From assembly GCF_058153355.1 (NCBI RefSeq), contig NZ_CM177019.1: a stretch of DNA of 64,000 nucleotides; one strand, given 5' to 3'. Positions 37,087 to 46,598 of the stretch are shown piece after piece. How positions within the stretch are numbered: position 1 is the stretch's first letter; every line of letters starts with the position of its first letter. The position numbers and the translations under genes are program-made. The notes beneath the pieces are model-generated. The model saw only the letters and a program-made list of their open reading frames with translations. It was not told where the DNA came from and did no database searches.

Positions 37087-38121
37087 ATGAAAATTCGCAT
37101 AATGTTATTTATATTAATTATGATGGTAATGCCTGTGAGTTATGCAGCATGTTATGGAGAGTTATCTGCCCAGCATAATTTTGCTGTTCAGGGGGATTTT
37201 GCACTTACTCAAACACAAATGGCAACATATGAGCATAATTTTAATGATTCGTCATGCGTGAGTACAAATACTATCACCCCTATGAGCCCGTCGGATATTA
37301 TTGTTGGACTTTATAACGATACCATTAAATTAAATTTACATTTTGAATGGATCAATAAAAACAACATCACGTTGTCAAATAATCAGACCAGTTTCACCAA
37401 TGGTTATTCGGTAACGGTGACACCTGCGGCCAGTAATGCAAAAGTGAATGTTTCTGCGGGGGGCGGCGGTTCAGTGATGATTAATGGTGTTGCGACATTA
37501 TCCAGTGCTTCATCATCGACACGCGGGAGTGCTGCAGTACAATTTTTACTGTGTTTATTCGGTGGCAAGTCATGGGATGCATGTGTAAATAGCTACAGAA
37601 ATGCATTGGCACAAAATGCAGGTGTCTATTCCTTTAATCTGACATTGTCATACAACCCGATAACCACAACCTGCAAACCGGACGATTTATTAATTACTTT
37701 AGAGAGTATTCCCGTTTCACAATTACCAGCTACAGGTAACAAAGCAACAATAAATAGTAACAAAGGGGATATTGTTCTGCGTTGTAAAAACTTATTAGGT
37801 CAACAAAATCAAACATCACGGAAAATGCAGGTGTATTTATCAAGTTCTGACTTGTTAACCAACAGCAACACAATACTGAAAGGTGCGGAAGATAATGGCG
37901 TAGGATTTATTCTTGAAAGTAATGGTTCTCCAGTCACACTTTTAAATATCACTAACAGCAGTAAAGAATACACAAATTTAAAAGAAATTGCGGCAAAGTC
38001 AAAACTTACAGATACAACGGTTTCAATTCCGATAACTGCCAGTTACTACGTCTACGATACAAATAAAATTAAATCTGGCGCACTGGAGGCAACCGCATTA
38101 ATCAACGTGAAATACGACTAA
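37087..38121 (+). CDS. yehA: fimbrial tip adhesin-like subunit
   Basis: 344 aa with a signal peptide. It is the last gene of the operon and has the two-domain size typical of adhesins. Confidence 0.8.
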   Translation: MKIRIMLFILIMMVMPVSYAACYGELSAQHNFAVQGDFALTQTQMATYEHNFNDSSCVSTNTITPMSPSDIIVGLYNDTIKLNLHFEWINKNNITLSNNQTSFTNGYSVTVTPAASNAKVNVSAGGGGSVMINGVATLSSASSSTRGSAAVQFLLCLFGGKSWDACVNSYRNALAQNAGVYSFNLTLSYNPITTTCKPDDLLITLESIPVSQLPATGNKATINSNKGDIVLRCKNLLGQQNQTSRKMQVYLSSSDLLTNSNTILKGAEDNGVGFILESNGSPVTLLNITNSSKEYTNLKEIAAKSKLTDTTVSIPITASYYVYDTNKIKSGALEATALINVKYD

Positions 38122-38177
38122 TAACAAGCAAGACGAGCAAGTGGCTAATAATAAAAAATAACAAGGTGTCTGCATTT

Positions 38178-38204
38178 CCCCCTCATGATGAGGGGGCTTT
38201 TTTT
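38178..38204 (+). terminator. terminator of yehA (hairpin shared with the convergent rcnB end)
   Basis: ccccctc-atgat-gaggggg is followed by cttttttt. Confidence 0.75.
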
Positions 38205-38541
38205 AGCGATGATAAAAAATCTCACCATCGTAGGCTTTAATGATTTTACCGTCGGTGTCGCTGATCAACACGTACGCGCCACCCATATAGGTCCAGTGCG
38301 TCCCGGCATCAGGCGCGGGCAGGTTACGTAACTGCCACTGCTTAATGTTGTACTCATCGGTGCGGTACATCTCTGGGACGGTATCGCCTGGTTTGAAATG
38401 CTTAAAGTCAGCAATGAAACTGCTTAACTCATACTTAGAAATTCCCGAGGTATTGGTCGAACCCGCGGTGGCTGGTGCGGCCCAGGCGGCACTGGTAACC
38501 AGCAAAAGCACACCCAGCAACATCTTATTTTTAATGGTCAT
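38203..38541 (-). CDS. rcnB: periplasmic Ni/Co homeostasis protein RcnB
   Basis: The ATG at 38541 gives MTIKNKMLLGVLLLVTSAAWAAP…, 112 aa with a signal peptide. The track ORF is 5'-extended by 60 codons. Confidence 0.85.
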   Translation of the reverse strand: MTIKNKMLLGVLLLVTSAAWAAPATAGSTNTSGISKYELSSFIADFKHFKPGDTVPEMYRTDEYNIKQWQLRNLPAPDAGTHWTYMGGAYVLISDTDGKIIKAYDGEIFYHR

Positions 38542-38759
38542 AAACTCTCCACTTTGGGGATCTGTAATATCAGTCGCATATCTTTCCTGCCATACAATAT
38601 AACTGACAAGCGATATTTTGTTAGTGATCCCATGATTTCGTAAAAAGTGTAAATGAAAGGATGCCCTAAAAGCATCCTTAGCGAGCAGAGAGCCAGCGGA
38701 AATAGCTGATTTAAGAATCATCCTGGGCTGAAGATAACATGCAAGCCTAAAGGATTGAG

Positions 38760-39581
38760 TTATCGCATTATGCCCATAAAGCCATGTACGCCCATATACA
38801 CACCAACTAAGCCAATCAACAGACTGGAAAAATAGGGGGCGCGTTTAGCGAGAGTGTTAAATCCGCTCCAGCGTTTTGCGACCTGCTGAACGCTGATTGC
38901 TGCGCCAATGCCTACGGTGACCAGCGTTAACGCAAGGCCAATGCTGAAACTGACGACCAGTGTTGCGCCCAGTGTCAGGGCTTTCAACTGAATGCAAATC
39001 AACAGCACGGTAATTGCTGCCGGGCAGGGGATAAGGCCACCGGTTAAGCCAAATAACAAAATTTGCCAGTTGGTGACCTCTCTACCATCGAAGCGTCGTT
39101 TAATGTCATTGGCATGGGCTCGTGCATGAGCATCCTGATACTCCCCATGTTCGTGATGGTGATGATGTCCATGGTCGTGGTGATCTTCGTGATCGTGATG
39201 ATACTCATGATCATGCCCGTGCATATTCTCCAGCCAGTTGCGTTCGCCGCGCCAGGTACGCCAGAACATCCAGAACGCGGTGCCAATAATGATCACCGCG
39301 GAAATCAACTGGAGCCACGGTTCTGCAGATTGAGCAGTAAAACGTTTGCTGATCACCATCCCGCCAAAGGCAATCAACCAGACCACCGCGGTATGCGAAA
39401 TGGTTGCTGCCAGTCCGAGCATCACCGCCTGTTTAATGGTGCCTTTGATGGCGATGATAAACGCCGCCATCATCGTTTTTGAGTGCCCTGGTTCCAGGCC
39501 ATGAAGCGCACCAAGTAAGATGGCGCTGGGGATGAAGAACCAGGCATTTCCTTGCTGAAGAAGAGTGGTAAATTCGGTCAT
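38760..39581 (-). CDS. rcnA: Ni/Co efflux protein RcnA
   Basis: 273-aa membrane protein with a central His-rich loop (HGHDHEYHHDHEDHHDHGHHHHHEHGE). Confidence 0.92.
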   Translation of the reverse strand: MTEFTTLLQQGNAWFFIPSAILLGALHGLEPGHSKTMMAAFIIAIKGTIKQAVMLGLAATISHTAVVWLIAFGGMVISKRFTAQSAEPWLQLISAVIIIGTAFWMFWRTWRGERNWLENMHGHDHEYHHDHEDHHDHGHHHHHEHGEYQDAHARAHANDIKRRFDGREVTNWQILLFGLTGGLIPCPAAITVLLICIQLKALTLGATLVVSFSIGLALTLVTVGIGAAISVQQVAKRWSGFNTLAKRAPYFSSLLIGLVGVYMGVHGFMGIMR

Positions 39582-39618
39582 GATAATAATTCTTAGTATT
39601 AATTCGGCAATCCGATTC

Positions 39619-39652
39619 TACTCCCCCCCAGTACCTGATACTACCCCCAGTA
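39619..39652. promoter_or_regulatory. two RcnR operator sites (TACT-C/G tract-AGTA) in the rcnA-rcnR divergent promoter
   Basis: tactcccccccagta (39619-39633) and tactacccccagta (39639-39652) match the published TACT-G6-N-AGTA type operator as I recall it. Confidence 0.75.
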
Positions 39653-39700
39653 GAATAATAGTGCTATGATTTTTCATGTTCTTGTTAACCAGGTGTTGCC

Positions 39701-39973
39701 ATGTCTCATACAATCCGTGATAAACAGAAACTGAAAGCGCGTGCCAGTAAGATTCAGGGCCAGGTCGTGGCGCTCAAGAAAATGCTCGACGAGCCGCACG
39801 AATGCGCAGCTGTTCTACAACAGATTGCTGCTATCCGTGGCGCGGTAAACGGCCTGATGCGCGAAGTGATTAAGGGGCATCTGACGGAACACATCGTTCA
39901 CCAGGGGGATGAGCTAAAACGTGAAGAAGATCTGGATGTCGTTCTGAAGGTGCTGGATTCTTATATCAAATGA
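39701..39973 (+). CDS. rcnR: Ni/Co-responsive repressor RcnR (CsoR/RcnR family)
   Basis: 90 aa beginning [21 protein letters not shown]…, with a conserved Cys35 context (HECAAVLQQ). Confidence 0.92.
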
Positions 39974-40042
39974 AAGTGCCTAATATGGCCGTAGTTGAGG
40001 CAATAAATAGAGGGACAAGTGACGTTAAGCTGAATTAGAGTA

Positions 40043-40066
40043 AATGGCGTGAGGACACACGCCATT
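40043..40066. terminator. hairpin between convergent rcnR and the 104-aa gene
   Basis: aatggcgtg-aggaca-cacgccatt forms a 9-bp stem. The T-tracts are weak. Confidence 0.4.
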
Positions 40067-40082
40067 CGAGGATATAGTTTGA

Positions 40083-40397
40083 TTAATTTTCGAAAAATTG
40101 CTTCACAGCCCAGCCACCATGACCACCTGGAGTTATGAATGAAACAAAACCTTTGTCATCGACGCTCTGGATTTCTACTGTCATTGATTCATCTAACACG
40201 CGACATTTATTGGATGTAATGAGACTCAGCATAGCCTGTTGGTCATTGTCCTGGATGTAACTGATCATCTCGTAAAAGTCAGTTAACTTTTTACAGTTAA
40301 ATGTACCTTCTTTAAGTGTTGCGCTGTCTCCGTGACTTAGTGCGAATGCATTTGGCATCATTGCCACAAAGATGACGGTAACGAGTAGTTTTTTCAT
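40083..40397 (-). CDS. hypothetical secreted protein, 104 aa
   Basis: The ORF has a signal peptide (MKKLLVTVIFVAMMPNAFALS) and two Cys residues in the mature part. It lies in AT-rich DNA. I recognise no family. Confidence 0.6.
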   Translation of the reverse strand: MKKLLVTVIFVAMMPNAFALSHGDSATLKEGTFNCKKLTDFYEMISYIQDNDQQAMLSLITSNKCRVLDESMTVEIQSVDDKGFVSFITPGGHGGWAVKQFFEN

Positions 40398-40406
40398 TGT
40401 AGCCTC

Positions 40407-40754
40407 TTATAATTCAGAACATTCACTGATGTTGTAAGTGCCTTTTCTACCATCATCGTTTACGAGATGTAGCACGAAGATGATGGGATTGGCATCAATG
40501 AAAGATACAGAGACGTTCCCGCTTTCGGTGCTATACATCTTTGCAATCTGTTTTTCACCAATATATGAAAGATCCCAACTCACTCCGTTCAAGCTAAAAT
40601 GCATCTGTTTGCCGTCAATATCGATGGAGGATTGTGCCGTAACGGTTTTCCCATTGCTGCCAATTTGACCCTGCTGAAGAGCATCACATTTATAGGAGCT
40701 TGCATAAGTAAATAGAGGTAGTAGCAGAAGTGCAGCAAAAATTTTACTCTTCAT
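40407..40754 (-). CDS. hypothetical secreted protein, 115 aa
   Basis: The ORF has a signal peptide (MKSKIFAALLLLPLFTYASS) and two Cys residues in the mature part. It lies 9 nt upstream of the 104-aa gene, so the two likely form a bicistron. Confidence 0.6.
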   Translation of the reverse strand: MKSKIFAALLLLPLFTYASSYKCDALQQGQIGSNGKTVTAQSSIDIDGKQMHFSLNGVSWDLSYIGEKQIAKMYSTESGNVSVSFIDANPIIFVLHLVNDDGRKGTYNISECSEL

Positions 40755-41431
40755 ATTTTCCCTTTGCTTGGATTTGAGTTACCTATTTTGGGGTAGTCAT
40801 TATAAAACTATTAATTAGTAAAATGAACAAGTTTTCATTTGTTTAGTAATGGTATTGTTTAGGTTTGAAATTATTACGTACTTTCATAGCAATAGGTTGG
40901 ATAAACAGCAGTTCAGAGAACAAGTTGCACTATCTACATACTTTCCCGCTTTCCATTGTATGTTAGGTAATAGATAGCCTTTGCCCGTAAGACTAAAAAT
41001 ATTAGAAATGACTCATTCGAATACCTTCTATTCACCTTAATATAGGTTTGATTATTGTAATCGTTTAATGTGTCTTATGGATTTTTTCCTACTTTTCATT
41101 TGCATAATATAGGGGGCACAGCATGCTCTTGAAATTAATTATTAAGATATTTAAATTTTACAGCACACAACTACTTTTCGTTGTCTTATGTGTTGAACGT
41201 ACTTCGAGTATAGGTAGGGTTGTATATATATTGCGTGGGTAGAGTTAGAATAGAGGAGGCATCATTTATAGAATATTCAAGAACGTTAACCTGTGATCAA
41301 TAAATAAAAATATCAAATGGTGTTCAAACATATTTTTCTATGAAAAATCCAGCCATCTATGATGAATTTTTAGATCCATTTTAATTAAAGTATGATTATG
41401 AACCAATATTTAGCCAAGAATGGTGGTATAG

Positions 41432-41671
41432 CGCGTATCCAATGACACCGGAAAACGCATCTATGAAGTCCTTGTTTATCTCTATAAGAGGAAATCAACA
41501 CTAATAAAATATAGTGATGTAACACATCGAGCAGGTTGCTCTGATGCTGGTCTTCAACTGTGGCTTAAACAGCTATCAAACTTCGGTGTTATTGAGATGA
41601 AAGAATTATCTTTCTCAACTTTCAATCTCAAAAAGCTAGAGGAAATAGACCTTAATTATTCCACTCTCTAA
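41432..41671 (+). pseudogene. start-less open frame resembling a winged-helix DNA-binding domain (decayed gene fragment)
   Basis: Manual translation gives …IYEVLVYLYKRKSTLIKYSDVTHRAGCSDAGLQLWLKQLSNFGVIEMKE…STL*. The frame has no upstream ATG. Adjacent frames hold short fragments (MKNPAIYDEFLDPF*, KYDYEPIFSQEWWYSAYPMTPENA…), which suggests stop and frameshift decay. Confidence 0.3.
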
Positions 41672-41807
41672 ACTTATCTCTTTATTTAAAGTAAAAATGA
41701 AAATATTATGGTATCAGCTACGTGGTGGTAACTGGTGTTTATGATCATAGGTACACATATACAGGGAACCCTGGAAAACAAAAGTAATATATTGATGATT
41801 TCGTTTG

Positions 41808-42047
41808 TTATAACTTCGTGGTATCAAGTCCGGCGGCTTTGAGTCGCTCGGTAAGATTTCTCATTTTGCTGAACTCTGTACCAAAGCTGGCTTTAAGTCC
41901 TACACCTTCGCAAAACTCTTTTGCCGTGACGTTTTTAAGATGGTCAGCGTATTTGATCATCTGGAGGTGCATTTCCATCGTTTGGCTATTTCGTGGTGCG
42001 CTGCTAATGGCTTGCTTAATGTTCTCGTAGATCTGGGTTTCTGTCAT
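41808..42047 (-). CDS. hypothetical 79-aa helical protein
   Basis: The ORF is MTETQIYENIKQAISS…AGLDTTKL. A direct-repeat motif lies just upstream. I recognise no family with confidence. Confidence 0.5.
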   Translation of the reverse strand: MTETQIYENIKQAISSAPRNSQTMEMHLQMIKYADHLKNVTAKEFCEGVGLKASFGTEFSKMRNLTERLKAAGLDTTKL

Positions 42048-42068
42048 TTTTTATCTCACCTATCAAAT

Positions 42069-42098
42069 TTAGATAAATAATATAAATTAGATAAATAA
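42069..42098. repeat. two 12-bp direct repeats (ttagataaataa) 18 bp apart, upstream of the 79-aa gene
   Basis: Exact copies lie at 42069-42080 and 42087-42098, 22-51 nt upstream of the start codon at 42047. Confidence 0.6.
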
Positions 42099-42261
42099 GA
42101 TAATCAATAGTTTTTACCATATGAATAATGGATGTGGATTGTTTCTTTTTCATTTCTGATATGGAGTACAAAATGGGGTCACAATGAAGAAGCGATGAAT
42201 GGAGGCGAGCTTGCATCTGCAAGCCTCTTCCCCTAATCTGGCACAAAATATAGAGATTCAA

Positions 42262-42392
42262 CCAAACGACTCGGGGTGCCCTTCTGCGTGAAGGCTGAGA
42301 AATACCCGTATCACCTGATCTGGATAATGCCAGCGTAGGGAAGTCACGGACCACCAGGTCATTGCTTCTTCACGTTATGGCAGGAGCAAACT
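42262..42392 (+). promoter_or_regulatory. TPP (THI-box) riboswitch controlling thiM translation
   Basis: ccaaacgactcggggtgcccttctgcgtgaaggctgagaaatacccgtatcacctgatctggataatgccagcgtagggaagtc… contains the conserved CUGAGA and ACCUGAUCUGGAUAAUGCCAGCG elements. The SD (ggcaggag) is adjacent to the anti-SD segment. Confidence 0.95.
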
Positions 42393-43181
42393 ATGCAAGT
42401 CGACCTGCTGAGTTCCGCGCAATCTGCGCACGCGTTACACCTTTTTCACCAACATTCCCCTCTTGTGCATTGCATGACCAATGATGTGGTGCAAACCTTT
42501 ACTGCCAATACCTTGCTGGCGCTCGGTGCATCGCCAGCGATGGTTATCGAAACCGAAGAAGCCAGTCAGTTTGCGGCTATCGCCAGTGCCTTGCTAATTA
42601 ACGTCGGCACGCAGACGCAGCCACGCGCACAGGCGATGCGTGCTGCCGTTGAACAGGCAACACACTCTCAAACCCCCTGGACGCTTGATCCGGTCGCGGT
42701 TGGCGCACTCGATTATCGTCGCCGTTTTTGTCATGAACTTTTATCTTTTAAACCGGCAGCGATACGTGGTAATGCTTCGGAAATCATGGCATTAGCTGGC
42801 GTTGCTAATGGTGGACGGGGAGTGGACACCACTGACGCCGCAGCTAATGCGATACCCGCTGCACAAACACTGGCACGGGAAACTGGCGCAATCGTCGTGG
42901 TCACAGGCGAGGTGGATTATGTTACCGATGGTCGTCGCACCGTTGGCATTCACGGCGGCAATCCGTTAATGACCAAAGTGGTAGGAACTGGCTGTGCATT
43001 ATCGGCAGTTGTCACTGCCTGTTGCGCATTACCAGGCGATATGCTGGAAAATATCGCATCTGCCTGTCACTGGATGAAACAAGCCGGAGAACGCGCCGTC
43101 GCCAGAAGTGAAGGGCCTGGCAGTTTTGTTCCCCATTTTCTTGATGCGCTCTGGCAATTGACGAAGGAGGTGCAGGCATGA
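42393..43181 (+). CDS. thiM: hydroxyethylthiazole kinase
   Basis: 262 aa, recognised as ThiM and preceded by the TPP riboswitch. Confidence 0.93.
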   Translation: MQVDLLSSAQSAHALHLFHQHSPLVHCMTNDVVQTFTANTLLALGASPAMVIETEEASQFAAIASALLINVGTQTQPRAQAMRAAVEQATHSQTPWTLDPVAVGALDYRRRFCHELLSFKPAAIRGNASEIMALAGVANGGRGVDTTDAAANAIPAAQTLARETGAIVVVTGEVDYVTDGRRTVGIHGGNPLMTKVVGTGCALSAVVTACCALPGDMLENIASACHWMKQAGERAVARSEGPGSFVPHFLDALWQLTKEVQA

Positions 43182-43978
43182 AACGGATTAACGCTCTGAC
43201 AATTGCAGGCACTGATCCCAGTGGTGGTGCGGGGATTCAGGCAGATCTCAAAACGTTCTCGGCACTTGGTGCTTATGGTTGCTCAGTGATTACTGCACTG
43301 GTGGCGCAAAATACCCGTGGCGTACAGTCGGTGTATCGCATTGAGCCTGATTTTGTCGCCGCCCAGCTCGATTCGGTGTTCAGCGATGTGCGAATCGACA
43401 CCACTAAAATCGGTATGTTGGCGGAAACCGATATTGTTGAAGCGGTGGCAGAACGGTTGCAACATTATCAGATCCAAAACGTGGTACTCGACACCGTTAT
43501 GCTGGCAAAAAGCGGCGACCCTCTGCTTTCACCTTCGGCGGTTGCCACGCTGCGCAGTCGATTATTGCCACAGGTTTCATTAATAACGCCAAACTTGCCC
43601 GAAGCAGCTGCCTTGCTCGACGTGCCACACGCGCGCAACGAACAGGAAATGCTGGAACAAGGACGAGCGCTGTTAGCGATGGGCTGTGGCGCAGTGCTGA
43701 TGAAAGGCGGTCATCTGGATGATGAGCAAAGCCCGGACTGGCTGTTTACCCGAGAGGGGGAACAACGGTTTACTGCACCGCGCATTATGACCAAAAACAC
43801 CCACGGCACTGGTTGTACGATCTCTGCGGCGTTGGCTGTACTACGCCCGCGCCATACAAACTGGGCTGACACCGTTCAGGAGGCAAAAAGCTGGCTTTCA
43901 TCGGCGTTAGCCCAGGCCGACACGCTGGAAGTTGGTCACGGTATTGGTCCGGTTCACCACTTCCACGCGTGGTGGTGA
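43178..43978 (+). CDS. thiD: hydroxymethylpyrimidine / phosphomethylpyrimidine kinase
   Basis: ATGA overlap with thiM. Length is 266 aa, with ribokinase-family motifs ([22 protein letters not shown]). Confidence 0.93.
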   Translation: MKRINALTIAGTDPSGGAGIQADLKTFSALGAYGCSVITALVAQNTRGVQSVYRIEPDFVAAQLDSVFSDVRIDTTKIGMLAETDIVEAVAERLQHYQIQNVVLDTVMLAKSGDPLLSPSAVATLRSRLLPQVSLITPNLPEAAALLDVPHARNEQEMLEQGRALLAMGCGAVLMKGGHLDDEQSPDWLFTREGEQRFTAPRIMTKNTHGTGCTISAALAVLRPRHTNWADTVQEAKSWLSSALAQADTLEVGHGIGPVHHFHAWW

Positions 43979-44033
43979 GCACCTTACTATAGCTGCTTTG
44001 GTTATTGTCAGTATTTGGCGCTGACATTCAGGG

Positions 44034-44861
44034 ATGAAACCAATGCAGCTGAGAATCACCAGTCGAAAAAAATTCACCGCTTTATTATGCGCTCTTGGGC
44101 TAATTTCCATCGTTGCAATTTATCCGCGTCAGACGGTGAATTTTTTCTATTCGACAGCTATTCAGATTAAAGACTACATCCACTTCTACGGTTATCGCCC
44201 GGTTAAATCTTTCGCTATTCGCATTCCTGCCAGTTACACCATTCACGGAATAGATGTTTCGCGCTGGCAGGAGCGGATCGACTGGCAGCGGGTGGCTAAA
44301 ATGCGCGATAACGGTATTCGCTTGCAATTTGCCTTTATCAAGGCGACGGAAGGCGAAAAGCTGGTGGACCCGTATTTTTCGCGTAACTGGCAACTAAGCC
44401 GCGAAAATGGCCTGTTGCGTGGGGCGTATCATTATTTTTCCCCGTCGGTATCCGCCTCAGTTCAGGCGCGATTATTTCTGCAAACGGTGGATTTCTCACA
44501 AGGCGATCTCCCTGCCGTGCTGGACGTAGAAGAACGGGGAAAATTATCGGCAAAAGAATTACGCAAGCGGGTAAGTCAGTGGCTAAAAATGGTCGAAAAA
44601 CGCACGGGAAAAAAGCCGATTATTTACTCAGGAGCCGTTTTTTATCACACCAATCTGGCGGGCTATTTCAATGAATATCCGTGGTGGGTGGCTCACTATT
44701 ATCAACGTCGTCCGGACAATGACGGCATGGCCTGGCGCTTCTGGCAGCATTCCGACCGTGGACAGGTAGATGGCATTAATGGTCCGGTGGATTTTAATGT
44801 GTTTAATGGCACGGTGGAGGAGTTGCAGGCATTCGTTGGTGGGATTAAAGAAACGCCTTAA
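44034..44861 (+). CDS. yegX: glycoside hydrolase family 25 (lysozyme-like) protein
   Basis: 275-aa ORF with an alternative ATG at 44043. It has an N-terminal membrane anchor and GH25-like motifs (GIDVSRWQ, FAFIKATEG). Confidence 0.8.
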   Translation: MKPMQLRITSRKKFTALLCALGLISIVAIYPRQTVNFFYSTAIQIKDYIHFYGYRPVKSFAIRIPASYTIHGIDVSRWQERIDWQRVAKMRDNGIRLQFAFIKATEGEKLVDPYFSRNWQLSRENGLLRGAYHYFSPSVSASVQARLFLQTVDFSQGDLPAVLDVEERGKLSAKELRKRVSQWLKMVEKRTGKKPIIYSGAVFYHTNLAGYFNEYPWWVAHYYQRRPDNDGMAWRFWQHSDRGQVDGINGPVDFNVFNGTVEELQAFVGGIKETP

Positions 44862-44912
44862 ATAAGAAGCAGTGATATACTCCCACCAGACTCCCTGGCA
44901 GGAAAAAGACAA

Positions 44913-45659
44913 ATGGAACAAGCGCATACCCAGCTGATTGCCCAACTGAACGAACGTATTTTAGCGGCGGATAACACGCCGCTTTATATTAAGTTTGCCG
45001 AAACGGTGAAAAATGCCGTGCGCAGCGGGGTGCTGGAACATGGCAATATTTTACCCGGCGAGCGCGATTTAAGTCAGTTAACCGGCGTTTCGCGTATTAC
45101 GGTGCGCAAGGCGATGCAGGCGCTGGAAGAAGAGGGCGTGGTGACACGTTCGCGCGGCTACGGCACGCAGATTAATAACATCTTTGAATACTCGTTAAAA
45201 GAAGCGCGAGGATTTTCTCAGCAGGTGGTGTTGCGCGGGAAAAAGCCCGATACGCTATGGGTTAACAAGCGAATGGTTAAATGCCCTGAAGAGGTGGCGC
45301 AGCAATTGGCGGTCGAAGCGGGTAGTGATGTCTTTTTGCTTAAGCGTATTCGCTATGTTGATGAAGAAGCGGTCTCTATTGAGGAGTCGTGGGTTCCGGC
45401 GCATTTAATTCATGATGTTGATGCCATCGGAATCTCTCTTTATGACTACTTCCGCAGTCAGCATATTTTTCCAAAGCGTACCCGTTCCCGCGTTAGCGCC
45501 CGGATGCCGGATGCCGAGTTTCAGTCACATATTCAATTAGATAGTAAAATACCGGTGCTGGTGATCAAGCAAGTGGCGCTTGACCAACAGCAACGGCCTA
45601 TTGAGTACAGCATCAGCCACTGTCGCAGTGATCTATACGTTTTTGTGTGTGAGGAGTAG
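44913..45659 (+). CDS. yegW: GntR/HutC-family transcriptional regulator
   Basis: 248 aa with an N-terminal wHTH (LPGERDLSQLTGVSRITVRKAMQALEEEG) and a UTRA-type C-terminal domain. Confidence 0.88.
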   Translation: MEQAHTQLIAQLNERILAADNTPLYIKFAETVKNAVRSGVLEHGNILPGERDLSQLTGVSRITVRKAMQALEEEGVVTRSRGYGTQINNIFEYSLKEARGFSQQVVLRGKKPDTLWVNKRMVKCPEEVAQQLAVEAGSDVFLLKRIRYVDEEAVSIEESWVPAHLIHDVDAIGISLYDYFRSQHIFPKRTRSRVSARMPDAEFQSHIQLDSKIPVLVIKQVALDQQQRPIEYSISHCRSDLYVFVCEE

Positions 45660-46598
45660 TTCCTCGCGGGTTGGCGCGCAATCACCGCCGCGATGCCCGA
45701 CAACCCACGACGCCACTGCATTGCCCAGCAATACGGCATCCGCCAGTGGCAAACCAGAGGCCAGTCCAGCTAATACGCCACCTGCATGACTGTCGCCCGC
45801 CCCAATGGTGTCTACAACTTGCGTTGGAAATGCCGGGATGCAGCCAGAAGCGTTATTGCTGAAATACCATGCGCCTTCTTTATCCAGACGGACGATCAAC
45901 GACGCGGCAAATTTCTCCTGCCATTGTTTGCCAAGTGTTGTTATCTCTGCGGATAAAGCAAAACGTTCGGCGGCAATCTCAGCCTCTTGACGATTGAGTG
46001 ACACTAAAGGTCGACAGGCCATGATCCGCGCCAGTAATGCATCCGGGATATCGCCAATACGTGGGCCAAAATCGATGAACGGCGTCACGTCTTGCAGACT
46101 CTCCAGCCATTCCACTAATAATTCACCGCAGGGCGAGGCCAGTTGATAACCGGAAAAATAGAGCAGGCTGCCAGGCGCAACGGTTAATCGCGCCAACCAT
46201 TCGCGATTCCACTGATTTTCCACACCACTGAACGACATAAACGTGCGTTCACCATCAGGCTCAACCAGCGCCAGACACCAGCCGTTATCGCCTTCGGCGT
46301 TATCGATGAGGCTGATTAATCCTTCTTTCGCCATCCGGTTACGAATAATTTCCGCCCACACACCCTGGCCGAGCGGCAGGGCATTACCCGCTTCGATACC
46401 GAGGCGATTTAACGCCACGGCAATATTCAGTGCACAGCCGCCAACGTTAACGCTCTGCTGTTTCAGTTCGATATCGCACCCACGCCAGGGTAGGGCATAA
46501 GCGTCGGCGATCACATCAATGACCGCCGCGCCGACGACCATCACCGGCTGACGCGTGGTTAATTCAGGCAGCAGCGTGTGTAATCGAGCGCCGCTCAT
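45633..46598 (-). CDS. yegV: PfkB-family sugar/nucleoside kinase
   Basis: 321 aa with the C-terminal PfkB signature (DTIGAGDSHAGG). Its 3' end overlaps the yegW 3' end by 27 nt. Confidence 0.85.
   Translation of the reverse strand: MSGARLHTLLPELTTRQPVMVVGAAVIDVIADAYALPWRGCDIELKQQSVNVGGCALNIAVALNRLGIEAGNALPLGQGVWAEIIRNRMAKEGLISLIDNAEGDNGWCLALVEPDGERTFMSFSGVENQWNREWLARLTVAPGSLLYFSGYQLASPCGELLVEWLESLQDVTPFIDFGPRIGDIPDALLARIMACRPLVSLNRQEAEIAAERFALSAEITTLGKQWQEKFAASLIVRLDKEGAWYFSNNASGCIPAFPTQVVDTIGAGDSHAGGVLAGLASGLPLADAVLLGNAVASWVVGHRGGDCAPTREELLLTHKNV

Noticed and set aside
39120-39230. Repetitive CAT/CAC/GAT-rich stretch, considered as a tandem repeat or array
   Set aside because: It encodes the His/Asp-rich metal-binding loop of RcnA, in frame. 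It is not a non-coding repeat or a CRISPR-like array.
42016-42354. 112-aa minus-strand ORF
   Set aside because: It overlaps the thiM TPP riboswitch and the AT-rich promoter region of the 79-aa gene. The riboswitch sequence explains the conservation. The ORF would have to start inside the riboswitch on the wrong strand.
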